Shown here: in pieces, positions 53,403 through 64,000 of the stretch
Numbering within the stretch: the first letter of the stretch is position 1
Layout of the letters: every line of letters starts with the position of its first letter
Assembly (NCBI GenBank): GCA_963848305.1
Contig: CAWKDC010000001.1
Location: 1,504,001-1,568,000 of the forward strand
From: an uncultured Gammaproteobacteria bacterium
Lineage (GTDB): Bacteria; Pseudomonadota; Gammaproteobacteria; JABCZS01
Length of the DNA: 64,000 nucleotides
Direction: 5' to 3'
Program-made: the position numbers and the translations under genes
Notes under the pieces: generated by a model
Database searches by the model: none
What the model saw: the letters and a program-made list of their open reading frames with translations, nothing else
What the model was told of the DNA's origin: nothing

Positions 53403-53962
53403 AGGTGTGGTAGATTATGCAGGCAAACCCAGTGCTGCTGAACGCACGGGCGCTGATCCTTACCGGGGTACTGGAAAAGCGAAATATGCATCCGAACTTT
53501 TTAAATAGATAGGTACGATATGAAGCTCATTTGTAAAATAAAGGACAATCTATGGGTTAATTATGAAGAGGAATATTATCCTCTTGCAATTAGCTTTTCG
53601 TTAAAAAGAGGGATCGATATATGCATACAAGTTGGCGAAGATGGAATGCCGGGTTGGAGTAGTCTAGTTGGTTTTGAAGTTATCGATCAGACCATTCCTA
53701 GCTGTTGGGTGAGAGATGTACACGAAGATCCAACGTATGGAATCATCACGTATCTGCCTGCGAAATGGGCCTACCATGGATTTTTTGAGGACTTAAGCAA
53801 TGATATACCTGCTGCCGTAGCATTATTCAATGAAGAAGCGATAAAAATATATAAGGAATTGAAAGCGCCAGGGTATGAACAGGATTAGTTTCGTTATTGG
53901 AATTGCAAAAGTAATTAGATTGATATGAATGTAGGGGTGCATATTTGCGCCTGTCTGCGCCA
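53403..53962 (+). repeat. 560-bp cassette copy 2
   Basis: Exactly 1100 bp downstream of copy 1; starts with the last 34 codons of the toxin-like gene. Confidence 0.9.
53520..53888 (+). CDS. Paralogous putative immunity protein
   Basis: 122 aa, 86/122 identical to 52420-52788 by manual alignment; last 24 aa identical. Confidence 0.7.
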   Translation: MKLICKIKDNLWVNYEEEYYPLAISFSLKRGIDICIQVGEDGMPGWSSLVGFEVIDQTIPSCWVRDVHEDPTYGIITYLPAKWAYHGFFEDLSNDIPAAVALFNEEAIKIYKELKAPGYEQD

Positions 53963-53988
53963 GAGAACAAATTTCTTAGCTAACCAAA

Positions 53989-54013
53989 TCCCTGAGGCCG
54001 GAGGCCTTAGGGA
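53989..54013. terminator. Hairpin between convergent genes
   Basis: TCCCTGAGGCC-GGA-GGCCTTAGGGA. Confidence 0.55.
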
Positions 54014-54031
54014 TTCTCCTTAATAAAGAGG

Positions 54032-54616
54032 TTATTGTTTCTTGTAGCAATAACCTATCTTTTTACCATTGCCGGACCAGCACCCAGCATTCAAATCCAT
54101 CAGAGCGCATAGACCAGCTGCGTTGATGGTGTATTTTGAGTTAGTAATGCCGTTGTTGCACTGGAAAGTTTGATCATAACTAAAGTTGTTGCCATCATCA
54201 GAAGCATTACATTCTGCTATACCCCCACCATTAGGGCAATGGACGATTTCTGACGTAGTCGCCGTAACATTGGGATCACTGCTTTTGTCACAAAGAACAT
54301 TCTGTCCTCCATGTTTTATGCAGTCTAAATAATTGTCGCTGTTGACGCCACAGATTGTGCTTTGACCCCCATTGGGGTTAGATAATTGTACGGCATAATT
54401 ACATGTTGAATCACCCTGAGGGACCTCGGCGCATTGAGAGAGTGGCAGTTTGGCCGAGCAGTTAGGTGCGGTATCGCTGAGGGCAGGGAATGTGATGAGA
54501 GACAGCAAGAGAGGGGTTGCACAGCGAAGTGTCACTGATAAAATTGATGTATTGATGAAACTTTTCCTTAAGATGGATTGATACGAATAGTTTAGATGTT
54601 TAAGCATGAAAGTCAA
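54032..54616 (-). CDS. Small secreted cysteine-rich protein (start uncertain)
   Basis: Signal-like PLLLSLITFPALS-D, then 12 Cys in ~147 residues. Confidence 0.65.
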   Translation of the reverse strand: MTFMLKHLNYSYQSILRKSFINTSILSVTLRCATPLLLSLITFPALSDTAPNCSAKLPLSQCAEVPQGDSTCNYAVQLSNPNGGQSTICGVNSDNYLDCIKHGGQNVLCDKSSDPNVTATTSEIVHCPNGGGIAECNASDDGNNFSYDQTFQCNNGITNSKYTINAAGLCALMDLNAGCWSGNGKKIGYCYKKQ

Positions 54617-54797
54617 TATCCGAAGGGCGAATATCTGATCTCAATACTATGGCCATAAGCTGATCTGGCACCAAAGAGGGATAACGCGAAGTGAAAGAAG
54701 CTTGGAAAAGCAGGAATGGAAGATAACAGGCAAAGACATTAACGATTTATCATCTCTTTGCCTATAATGATAAGAATTAATGAGAGGCTAGTGCCAT

Positions 54798-55865
54798 ATG
54801 AAAGCAAACAAACATCTTATTTGGATCATTCTCACGCTGCTGTTGGGCTGCTCCAAATCCGATCAAGTATCAACAGCCCCGCGCTTGGTCAAAACCGTTG
54901 TGGTGGGAGAGGCTGGGGTGTCGGCGGAACGTTCCTTTCCGGGGCGTGTGATTGCAGGTCAACGGGCGGACATGTCTTTTCAAGTCTCTGGAACATTGAG
55001 TGAATTGCCGGTTAAAGAAGGACAGCGCGTCACGCAGGGGCAACTTCTTGCAAAGCTCAATTCACGTGATTTTGAAAATCGTTATAATGCAGCGAAATCC
55101 ACGCGTGACATCACCGAAATCAATTATGAACGTGGAAAAAAATTAGTCGTGAACGGCACGGTTGCACAAGTCACTTTTGATGATCTGCGCAATAAATTTG
55201 AAGTCGCAAAATCAGAAGAAGCCATTGCACAAAAAGCACTGGAAGACACACAAATGTTGGCACCTTTCACCGGCATGATTGCGCGCGTCTATGTTGATAA
55301 TTTTCAAGAAGTGCAAGCAAAAGAAAAAATCCTCACCGTGCAAGATGTTCAAGATGTGGATATCCTGATCGATGTCCCCGAGCGAGATATTATTAATCGA
55401 CAGAATATGAATAATAACCGTGTTGAGGATCAAACATTGCCCAATGGTTATGTGGTGTTTGATGCCATTCCTGGTCAACAGTTTCAGGTCACTGTAAAGG
55501 AATACGCAACTGAAGCAGACCCGACCACACAAACCTATCGCGTGCGACTGAGCATGAAGGCTCCTGAAAACATCAATATTTTACCCGGCATGACAGCGAC
55601 ATTGAAAATGAAACAGCCTGCACAAATGATCACTGAGACATCTTTGCCAGCAAATGCTGTCGCTGTCGACCCTCAAGGACATTTTTATGTGTGGGTTGTG
55701 AAAGAAGACATGACGGTGACCAAAGTGCCTGTTCAAGTCGGCGATATGGTCGGGAATGATATTCGCATCACGCAAGGCATTTCGCAAGGTCAACGTGTGG
55801 TTGTTGCGGGCGTGCCGTATTTAACAGAAGGCATGAAGATCCGTTTATTCACCAACCAATATTAG
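54798..55865 (+). CDS. RND efflux membrane fusion protein (lipoprotein)
   Basis: Lipobox LLGC, MSFQVSG.L..LPVKEGQRV, LAPFTG, ADPTTQTY, ILPGMTA. Confidence 0.93.
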   Translation: MKANKHLIWIILTLLLGCSKSDQVSTAPRLVKTVVVGEAGVSAERSFPGRVIAGQRADMSFQVSGTLSELPVKEGQRVTQGQLLAKLNSRDFENRYNAAKSTRDITEINYERGKKLVVNGTVAQVTFDDLRNKFEVAKSEEAIAQKALEDTQMLAPFTGMIARVYVDNFQEVQAKEKILTVQDVQDVDILIDVPERDIINRQNMNNNRVEDQTLPNGYVVFDAIPGQQFQVTVKEYATEADPTTQTYRVRLSMKAPENINILPGMTATLKMKQPAQMITETSLPANAVAVDPQGHFYVWVVKEDMTVTKVPVQVGDMVGNDIRITQGISQGQRVVVAGVPYLTEGMKIRLFTNQY

Positions 55866-55872
55866 GATTGAT

Positions 55873-58800
55873 ATGAACCTCGCCACCAAAGCCATTCAAT
55901 ATAAATTATTCACGCTTGTCTTAACGCTATTGGTGATTATTGGCGGCGGATTTGCCTATGAAAAATTGGGACGATTGGAAGATCCAGAATTCACTGTGAA
56001 ATCCGCATTAGTCGTCACACAATATCCGGGTGCCAGCGCGACTGAGGTCGAAAAAGAAGTGACTGAAGTGCTTGAAACGGAAATTCAAGAATTAGGACAG
56101 ATCGATTATTTGGAATCACAAACCAGTACAGGATTGTCCAGTATCACTGTCACTATTTTAGATAAATATGATAAACACACGTTACCACAAGTGTGGGATG
56201 AATTGCGCAGAAAAGTGAATGATGCGCAAACCAAATTACCTCCAGGCGTGGGGCGTTCTGCAGTGTATGATGATTATGGCGATGTGTATGGCGTATTATT
56301 GGCCGTGACAGGTTCTGAATATTCAGCAGAAGAATTAGAAGATTTCGCAGATTTTTTACGGCGCGAATTACTGACGGTGCGAGATGTGGCTAAAATTAAT
56401 ATGTGGGGTGTGCAACAGCGTCAGGTCTTTGTCGATATTGCACAATCAAAAATGGCTCAACTGGGAATCAGTCTAGAGTCCATTTATGCCACACTGGAAA
56501 AACAAAATTTGGTGCAAGGGGCAGGGCATGTCAATGTGGACAACGAATTCATTCGGATCAGCCCAACAGGCGAAATCAGTTCGGTTGAGGCCATTGGCAA
56601 TTTACTGATAGGTAGCCATGATCAACAGCTGATTTATTTGAAAGACATCGCTACCATCAGCCGCGGTTTAATCACTCCTCCCTCGGAGCATTTGCGATAT
56701 AAAGGTAAAAATGGGATTGCCTTGGGCGTATCGACGGTCTCAGGTGGCAACGTCGTATTGATGGGCGAAGCCATCCAGCATAAATTAAAATCATTGGAAG
56801 CGCAAACACCACTCGGCATGCAAATTGATCCGATATACTTTCAAGCCGATGGTGTGAAAAAAGCCGTAAATGGATTTGTGGTCAATTTAATTGAAGCCCT
56901 TGCGATTGTGATCATCGTGTTGATGATATTCATGGGCAAGCGTAGTGGGTTGTTGATTGGCGGCGTTTTATTAATCACTGTGGCTGCGACGGTTTGCATG
57001 ATGCAGTTTTACGCGATTGATTTACAGCGCATTTCATTGGGTGCACTGATCATTGCACTTGGGATGCTTGTGGATAATGCGATTGTGGTGGTCGAAGGCA
57101 TGCAGGTCAAAATGCAACAAGGTATGCCAGCTGTTAAAGCTGCGGAAGAAACGGTGGGGCAAACCATGTGGCCCTTATTGGGTGCGACTGCTATTGCCGT
57201 GTTGGCATTTGCGGCGATTGGTCTATCACAAGATTCCACTGGAGAATATTTGAGATCACTTTATCAGGTGATGTTGATTTCACTCGGGTTAAGCTGGTTG
57301 ATTGCAATCACTGTCACGCCTGTATTAGGCGTTATGTTTTTAAAAGTTACCAATCAATCGCAAGACCCGTATGCAAATCCCATTTTTAAACGATACAAAG
57401 CATTTCTATCAACCTGTATTGATCATCCCATGCCCACATTATCGATAGTCTTAGGATTACTATTATGTTCCGTGGTCGCTTTCAAGCAATTAGAACAGAG
57501 CTTTTTCCCCGATTCTACCACCCCTCAATTATTGATTCATTATTGGTTGCCGCAAGGGACAGATATTCGAAAAACAAGCAGCGATCAAAAAGACATCGAA
57601 GCGTTCATCGCAAAACAACCAGGTGTGAAATCGGTCAGTACATTTGTGGGGGGCGGTGCTCCGCGATACACGTTGGTCTACAGTCCTGAAAAAGTGAACA
57701 ATGCCTACGGATTATTCATGATTGATGTAGATGATTATCGCATCATCAATGATCTCACAAAAACCATCATGGATTATATTCACCAACATTTTATCGATGC
57801 CAATCCTCGTGCTGAGAAAATTAAACTGGGACCAAGTGGTGGTTATCCATTAGAGTTTCGTATTCAAGGAACAGATGCAAATGTGTTGCGGGCGTTGGGA
57901 GATCAAGTCAAAAATATTTTGATTGAGGATGGTGGTGCGAAAGGGATCCGTGATAATTGGCGTGAACGTGTTAAATTAATTCGTCCAGAGATTAAAACAA
58001 TTCAAGCAGAACGTGCGGGTTTAACCCGCTCTGATATTGCGCGGGCAATTGAAACTGTATTTATTGGGACGCAAGTGGGTATTTACCGAGAAGGCGATAA
58101 ATTATTACCGATTGTTTCCAGGGGTATTGCATCTGAACGCGAGCTTGTCGACAATTTATATAGTATTCAAGTCTGGAGTGATTTGGCGCAAAAAAGTGTG
58201 CCTCTCAGTCAATTGGTGTCCGAGTTCACGACAACGTACGACGACTCAATTGTACAACGGCGTAACAAATTAAGAACCTTAACCGTGCAAGCAGAGCCTG
58301 TCGCGGGCAATGTCAGTGTTTTATTTGAAAGGGTGCGTGATAAGATAGAAGCGATTCCTTTACCAGTCGGATATGCGTTTGAATGGGGCGGTGAATATGA
58401 AGATTCAACCAAGGCACAAAAAAGTTTAGCGGCGAAAATTCCGCCCACGTTAATCTTGATGATCTTGATCACGATTGGATTATTCAATGCATTAAAACAA
58501 CCCATGATCATTTGGATCACTGTTCCATTGTCTATCATTGGTGTGGCATTTGGATTATTATTATTCGGCGAACCCTTTGGCTTTATGGCTTTATTAGGAT
58601 TTTTGAGTTTATCGGGTATGTTGATTAAAAATGCGATAGTCCTATTGGATGAAATGGATCTAGAAGTGAAATCGGGCAAAGGATTGGACGATGCCATTTT
58701 AGCTGCTTCTGTTTCCCGTATGCGCCCGGTTCTCATGGCAGCTGTGACCACGGTATTGGGCATGATTCCCCTTTTAACCGACGTCTTCTTCAAAGGCATG

Positions 58801-58896
58801 GCCGTGACGATCATGGCGGGGCTAACGTTTGCCACGGCTTTAACCTTGATTGTCGTGCCTGTTCTATACCGATTGGCATTTGCGCGATTGAAATGA
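55873..58896 (+). CDS. RND efflux permease (AcrB/AcrD/AcrF family)
   Basis: RLEDPEFT, ALGMLVDNAIVV, GMLIKNAIVL, SRMRPVLM. Confidence 0.95.
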   Translation: MNLATKAIQYKLFTLVLTLLVIIGGGFAYEKLGRLEDPEFTVKSALVVTQYPGASATEVEKEVTEVLETEIQELGQIDYLESQTSTGLSSITVTILDKYDKHTLPQVWDELRRKVNDAQTKLPPGVGRSAVYDDYGDVYGVLLAVTGSEYSAEELEDFADFLRRELLTVRDVAKINMWGVQQRQVFVDIAQSKMAQLGISLESIYATLEKQNLVQGAGHVNVDNEFIRISPTGEISSVEAIGNLLIGSHDQQLIYLKDIATISRGLITPPSEHLRYKGKNGIALGVSTVSGGNVVLMGEAIQHKLKSLEAQTPLGMQIDPIYFQADGVKKAVNGFVVNLIEALAIVIIVLMIFMGKRSGLLIGGVLLITVAATVCMMQFYAIDLQRISLGALIIALGMLVDNAIVVVEGMQVKMQQGMPAVKAAEETVGQTMWPLLGATAIAVLAFAAIGLSQDSTGEYLRSLYQVMLISLGLSWLIAITVTPVLGVMFLKVTNQSQDPYANPIFKRYKAFLSTCIDHPMPTLSIVLGLLLCSVVAFKQLEQSFFPDSTTPQLLIHYWLPQGTDIRKTSSDQKDIEAFIAKQPGVKSVSTFVGGGAPRYTLVYSPEKVNNAYGLFMIDVDDYRIINDLTKTIMDYIHQHFIDANPRAEKIKLGPSGGYPLEFRIQGTDANVLRALGDQVKNILIEDGGAKGIRDNWRERVKLIRPEIKTIQAERAGLTRSDIARAIETVFIGTQVGIYREGDKLLPIVSRGIASERELVDNLYSIQVWSDLAQKSVPLSQLVSEFTTTYDDSIVQRRNKLRTLTVQAEPVAGNVSVLFERVRDKIEAIPLPVGYAFEWGGEYEDSTKAQKSLAAKIPPTLILMILITIGLFNALKQPMIIWITVPLSIIGVAFGLLLFGEPFGFMALLGFLSLSGMLIKNAIVLLDEMDLEVKSGKGLDDAILAASVSRMRPVLMAAVTTVLGMIPLLTDVFFKGMAVTIMAGLTFATALTLIVVPVLYRLAFARLK

Positions 58897-58949
58897 TATA
58901 GATTGAACTGTGAGGGCGCAATGATGCGCCCTTACAAATTAAACATCAT

Positions 58950-60389
58950 TTATGATAATTTCTTGACCAGCAAATCATTCAACTGCGCGGGATTCGCTGT
59001 GCCCTTGCTTGCCTTCATTACTTGGCCGACAAAAAAACCAAACAATTTATCTTTACCTGAACGGTATTCGCTGAGTTGTTGCGGGAATTGAGCCATAACT
59101 TCATCAATGATTTTCTCAATCGCGGATGTGTCTGTCATTTGTTTCATGCCTTTGGCAGCAATCAAATCGTCTGGTTTGCCTTCACCTGCACACATGGATT
59201 CAAAAATGGTTTTGGCCATTTTACTTGAAATCGTATGATCTTGAATGCGTGCAACCAGCGTGCCTAAATCAGTGGCAGGGATTGGGCTTTCTTCAATCGA
59301 CAGATTCATTTTATTCAACGCACCAAGCAAATCGCCGACCACCCAGTTTGCAATGATCTGTGGACTGGAAGGTACTTCAGCGAGTGCCGCTTCAAAATAA
59401 TCCGCCAATACTTTTTGGGAAACCAACGTAGTGGCGGTATCAGGATTTAAACCAAACACATTGACAAACCGTTCCCGTTTTTGATGCGGCAGTTCGGGCA
59501 ATGTTTTTTGCATTTCTGCGATCATGTCAGCGGTGACGTGAAGCGGCAACAAATCCGGATCGGGGAAATAGCGATAATCGTTTGCGTTTTCTTTCGTGCG
59601 CAATGTACGGGTTTCATTGCTATCCGCATCATATAATCGTGTTTCTTGGTTAATGGTGCCGCCATTTTCAAGCACTTCAATTTGACGTTGTACTTCAAAA
59701 TCGATGGCACGTTCGACAAAGCGGAATGAATTCAAATTTTTGACTTCTGTGCGCGTGCCGAATTTAGTTTCGCCCTTTTTGCGGACTGAGACGTTTGCGT
59801 CGCAGCGGAAGGAACCTTCTTGCATATTGCCATCGCAAATGTCGATGTATCGCAATAAATTATGCAATGTTTTTAAATAGGCTACAGCTTCTTTCGCGTT
59901 GCGCATGTCCGGTTCAGAGACAATTTCCAGTAAGGGTACGCCTGCACGGTTCAAGTCGATCCCTGTGCAACCTTGAAAATCTTCATGTAATGATTTGCCG
60001 GCATCTTCTTCTAAGTGTGCGCGTGTGATGTGAATACGTTTGACGGTATTTGCATCTAGCGTCACATCTAAGTAACCTTTTTGAACGATCGGATCTTCAT
60101 ATTGGCTGATTTGATAGCCTTTGGGAAGATCAGGATAAAAATAATTTTTACGTGCGAAAATGGAACGTTCGGCAATCGGTGCATTGATTGCTAGTCCTAA
60201 TAAAATGGCTTTCTCGACAGCGGCTTTATTCAACACAGGTAATACTCCGGGCGCGCCGATGTCAATTGCACACACTTGCGTATTTGGTGCAGCGCCAAAA
60301 TGCGCGCTGCTGCCCGAGAAAATTTTAGATTTTGTGTTTAGTTGTGCGTGGACTTCGAGTCCTATCACTGTTTCCCAGCTCATGATCAT
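58950..60389 (-). CDS. gatB: Asp/Glu-tRNA amidotransferase subunit B
   Basis: [37 protein letters not shown]. Confidence 0.98.
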   Translation of the reverse strand: MIMSWETVIGLEVHAQLNTKSKIFSGSSAHFGAAPNTQVCAIDIGAPGVLPVLNKAAVEKAILLGLAINAPIAERSIFARKNYFYPDLPKGYQISQYEDPIVQKGYLDVTLDANTVKRIHITRAHLEEDAGKSLHEDFQGCTGIDLNRAGVPLLEIVSEPDMRNAKEAVAYLKTLHNLLRYIDICDGNMQEGSFRCDANVSVRKKGETKFGTRTEVKNLNSFRFVERAIDFEVQRQIEVLENGGTINQETRLYDADSNETRTLRTKENANDYRYFPDPDLLPLHVTADMIAEMQKTLPELPHQKRERFVNVFGLNPDTATTLVSQKVLADYFEAALAEVPSSPQIIANWVVGDLLGALNKMNLSIEESPIPATDLGTLVARIQDHTISSKMAKTIFESMCAGEGKPDDLIAAKGMKQMTDTSAIEKIIDEVMAQFPQQLSEYRSGKDKLFGFFVGQVMKASKGTANPAQLNDLLVKKLS

Positions 60390-60436
60390 CCCCCATTAAA
60401 ATTTCTGTGCTGTTCGCGCCCCTACCATTCAACCTA

Positions 60437-61888
60437 TCAGGCGAATGGTGCCGTCCGTGTGTGCCAATTCGTATGGCACCTGATACTGATGCGCTACATG
60501 CAATAATGTGGCTTCATCGAATGCTTTGCCAATCAATTGCATGCCGACGGGTAATCCGCCAACAAAGCCACACGGTATTGACATGCCTGGTAAACCCGCT
60601 AAATTCACTGCAATTGTGTAAATGTCCGATAAATACATCGCAACAGGGTCTGCAGTTTTTTCGCCCAATTTAAAGGCCGGTGTGGGTGTGGTCGGCTCAA
60701 TATCACATCAACCGTTTCAAACGCGCGTGCAAAATCTTGGGCAATTAACCGTCGCACTTTCAAAGCTTTTAAATAATACGCATCAAAATATCCTGCCGAT
60801 AAAGCATACGTGCCAATCATGATACGCCGCTTAACTTCCGCGCCGAATCCTTCTGCGCGTGAGCGTTCATATAAATCTTGCAAGTTTTTGGGATTGTCGC
60901 AACGATGCCCAAAACGAACCCCATCATAACGGGATAAATTTGAAGAACATTCTGCGGGTGCAATCACATAATACGCAGGGATGGACAAGTCAATTGTGTT
61001 GAGTGTGACGGGGTGAAATGTCACGCCCAAGGGGATCAATACTTTTTTGGCTTCCTCAATGCAGGCGGCAATCTCAGGATTCAAGCGCTCATCAAAAAAC
61101 ACCGTGGGCAAACCGATTCTCAGGGGGCGCAGTGGCGCATCCAGTCCGGCAGTGTAATCGGGAACGGGTAGGTTGATGCTGGTGGAATCGCGAGGGTCGT
61201 GACCGGCCATCACATTCAACAACATCGCTGCATCATAAGCTGTTTTCGTCATGGGTCCGCCTTGATCTAGGCTTGATGCATACGCAATCATGCCATAACG
61301 AGACACGCGACCATAGGTAGGCTTTAAACCTGTGATGCCAGTTAATGCCGCAGGTTGACGAATAGAACCACCTGTATCTGTGCCTGTGGCCGCAGCTGCA
61401 AGACCACCAGCCACAGCAGCAGCGGAACCGCCAGAGCTGCCACCGGGGACATGATCGAGATGCCAAGGGTTATGCACCGGGCCATAAAAACTGTTTTCAT
61501 TCGATGAGCCCATTGCAAATTCATCCATGTTGGTTTTACCCAACATCACGGCACCGGCGGATTGGAATTTTTCAATCACGGTGGCATCGTAAGGGGAAAT
61601 GAAATTGTCCAACATGTTGGAGCCGCACGAGGTTTTGACACCCTTCGTGCAAAAGATATCTTTCTGTGCGATTGGAATGCCAGTCAGCGGGCCAGCCATG
61701 CCTTTCTGCCGCGCTGTGTCAGCCGAATGAGCTTGTTCCAAAGCGGTCGACTCAGTGACCGTGATGAAACTGTTCAGCTGTTTATCGTGTGCTTTGATGC
61801 GATCGAGAAAGTGTTGGGTGAGGGCGACGCTGGTATAACGGCCTTGAGCCAAATCATCGGACATCTCGCGTATTGTTTTATGGTGCAT
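60437..61888 (-). CDS. gatA: Asp/Glu-tRNA amidotransferase subunit A; 1-nt frameshifts near 60698 and 60480
   Basis: [33 protein letters not shown]; PTTPTPAF...NLAGLPGMS and [11 protein letters not shown] appear in shifted frames. Confidence 0.95.
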
Positions 61889-61897
61889 GAAAAACCT

Positions 61898-62185
61898 CTA
61901 CTCAATGACTTGTGGAACGAGATACAACCCAAATTCAGTCGCGGGCGCAATCGCGAGAAGAGCATCGCGCTGGTCACCTTCAGACACAACATCTGCGCGC
62001 AGCGGCTGACTTGCATCGAATGCATGGGCCATGGGAGCCAGGTGGCTGGTATCAACTGCCTGCATTTGAGCCATTAGGGCGAGGATATTGTTGAGATTTT
62101 TCTCGTAAACGGGGATGTCTTGTTCGGCCAGGCCGAGACGGGCGAGGAAGGCGACGCCTTTGATTTCTGCTTGAGAGATAGTCAT
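61898..62185 (-). CDS. gatC: Asp/Glu-tRNA amidotransferase subunit C
   Basis: VA.LARL, VDT...PMAH, LRADVV, LYLVPQVIE. Confidence 0.96.
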   Translation of the reverse strand: MTISQAEIKGVAFLARLGLAEQDIPVYEKNLNNILALMAQMQAVDTSHLAPMAHAFDASQPLRADVVSEGDQRDALLAIAPATEFGLYLVPQVIE

Positions 62186-62319
62186 CTTGCTAAAACTCCT
62201 TGATACGTCCGATCATATTATCACGAAATTCTTCCTTGCCCAATCAAATATTCGTGATAAAGTTATATCAGCGCAGTTTTTTTGCGGTACAATGTCGCGG
62301 CAACTAGGGCAATATTTAA

Positions 62320-63381
<1,062 letters not shown>

Positions 63382-63390
63382 GAGCCTGTC

Positions 63391-64000
63391 ATTCGTGAAC
63401 TTTTTCGACAAAGCCGTGTGGCAATCACACGGCTCTTCATCCTGTCCTTGGTATCCATTGCACTGATTGTGCTTGATCACCGCCAGGGACATTTGGCACG
63501 CGTGCGCAGTTTGCTGAGCGTCACCGTTTTGCCGATCCAATACGCAGTCGCGTTCCCAGAAAAGTTTTATCAAAAAATGTCTGCCCAAATGAAGCTGCGG
63601 GATGCTCTAGTGGCGCAAATCAAAATACTCACTGTCGAAAACTTGGCGTTGCATCAACGGTTACAATATTTGCTCGCGTTAGAAGCTGAAAATAATAGTT
63701 TGAAGATGCTCATGAAAACTGCCTCACAACCGGATGAAAAAGTGGCGGTGGCCGAAGTATTGGAAATTAACACGACGCCCTTTTCACAGCGTATTGTCAT
63801 TGATCGTGGCAGTGTCGATGGGGTGTATGAGGGCCAGCCCATTGTCGATGCCATGGGGATTTTAGGTCAAGTCATTCAAGTAGGTCCCAAAACCAGTGTC
63901 GTCTTATTGTTGACGGACAAGCAAAATGCCATCCCTGTTCAATCTAGCCGCAGCGGTGCACGTGCACTCGCCTTTGGCGGCGGAACAGTGGATACGCTGT
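63391..64000 (+). CDS. mreC: Rod shape-determining protein MreC (3' truncated by window edge; probable ATT start)
   Basis: Frame from 63391: IRELFRQS..TRLFILSLVSIALIVLDHR, LEAENNSLK, IVIDRGSVDGV, GILGQV, VLLLTD. Confidence 0.9.
   Translation, partial: MRELFRQSRVAITRLFILSLVSIALIVLDHRQGHLARVRSLLSVTVLPIQYAVAFPEKFYQKMSAQMKLRDALVAQIKILTVENLALHQRLQYLLALEAENNSLKMLMKTASQPDEKVAVAEVLEINTTPFSQRIVIDRGSVDGVYEGQPIVDAMGILGQVIQVGPKTSVVLLLTDKQNAIPVQSSRSGARALAFGGGTVDTL

Noticed and set aside
54650-54673. GGCCAT...GGCACCA as a possible attR copy of the tRNA-Leu 3' end
   Set aside because: Only 7 contiguous matching bases, expected by chance, and no integrase is present.
54798-58896. RND pump as the exporter of the toxin-like protein
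   Set aside because: AcrB-family pumps export small molecules; the pair is separately transcribed and lacks a TolC gene here, so adjacency is the only link.
5556-60425. Dispersed palindromes as a CRISPR array or integron attC sites
   Set aside because: They are not regularly spaced, have no spacers, cas genes or integron integrase, and lack the RYYYAAC/GTTRRRY boxes.
2860-61888. Frameshifts in metQ (~3260), dnaK (~11600), prfC (~31798), glmM (~40800), the Sel1 gene (~45060) and gatA (~60698, ~60480) as pseudogenes or programmed frameshifting
   Set aside because: They are single-base indels, mostly at short G/C runs, in conserved and partly essential genes with intact sequence on both sides and no slippery-site pattern; sequencing or consensus error is the simplest explanation.

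Overview
A 64-kb chromosomal segment of a gammaproteobacterium. Gene order and orphan effector-like ORFs suggest a Legionellales/Coxiellales-like lineage (inference). Most of it is housekeeping backbone: metNIQ, tRNA-Met, bamE-fur-recN-nadK-grpE-dnaK-dnaJ, zapB-like-zapA-6S RNA-ygfA, tldD-pmbA, rpoN-hpf-ptsN-hprK-rapZ, prfC, alaS-lysC-csrA, rlmE-ftsH-folP-glmM-tpiA-secG-tRNA-Leu, gatCAB and mreBC. The most striking region follows tRNA-Leu (43.2-54.6 kb). A ~1080-aa Sel1-repeat gene is tightly coupled to a 1495-aa protein with an N-terminal J-domain (HPD changed to HTD), a long unknown core, a Pro/Gly linker and a small toxin-like C-terminal domain. Next come a cognate immunity-like gene, an unrelated orphan immunity-like gene, and a second cassette (toxin 3' tip plus a 70%-identical immunity paralog) repeated exactly 1100 bp downstream. 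This looks like a polymorphic toxin system with no recognisable secretion domain. Other notable items are a tandem pair of outer-membrane beta-barrel genes differing only in three clusters, a GTAG-type REP family that supplies the stop codons of many genes, and a probable ATT start for mreC. Single-base frameshifts in several conserved genes point to sequencing or consensus errors, so single-nucleotide claims need caution.
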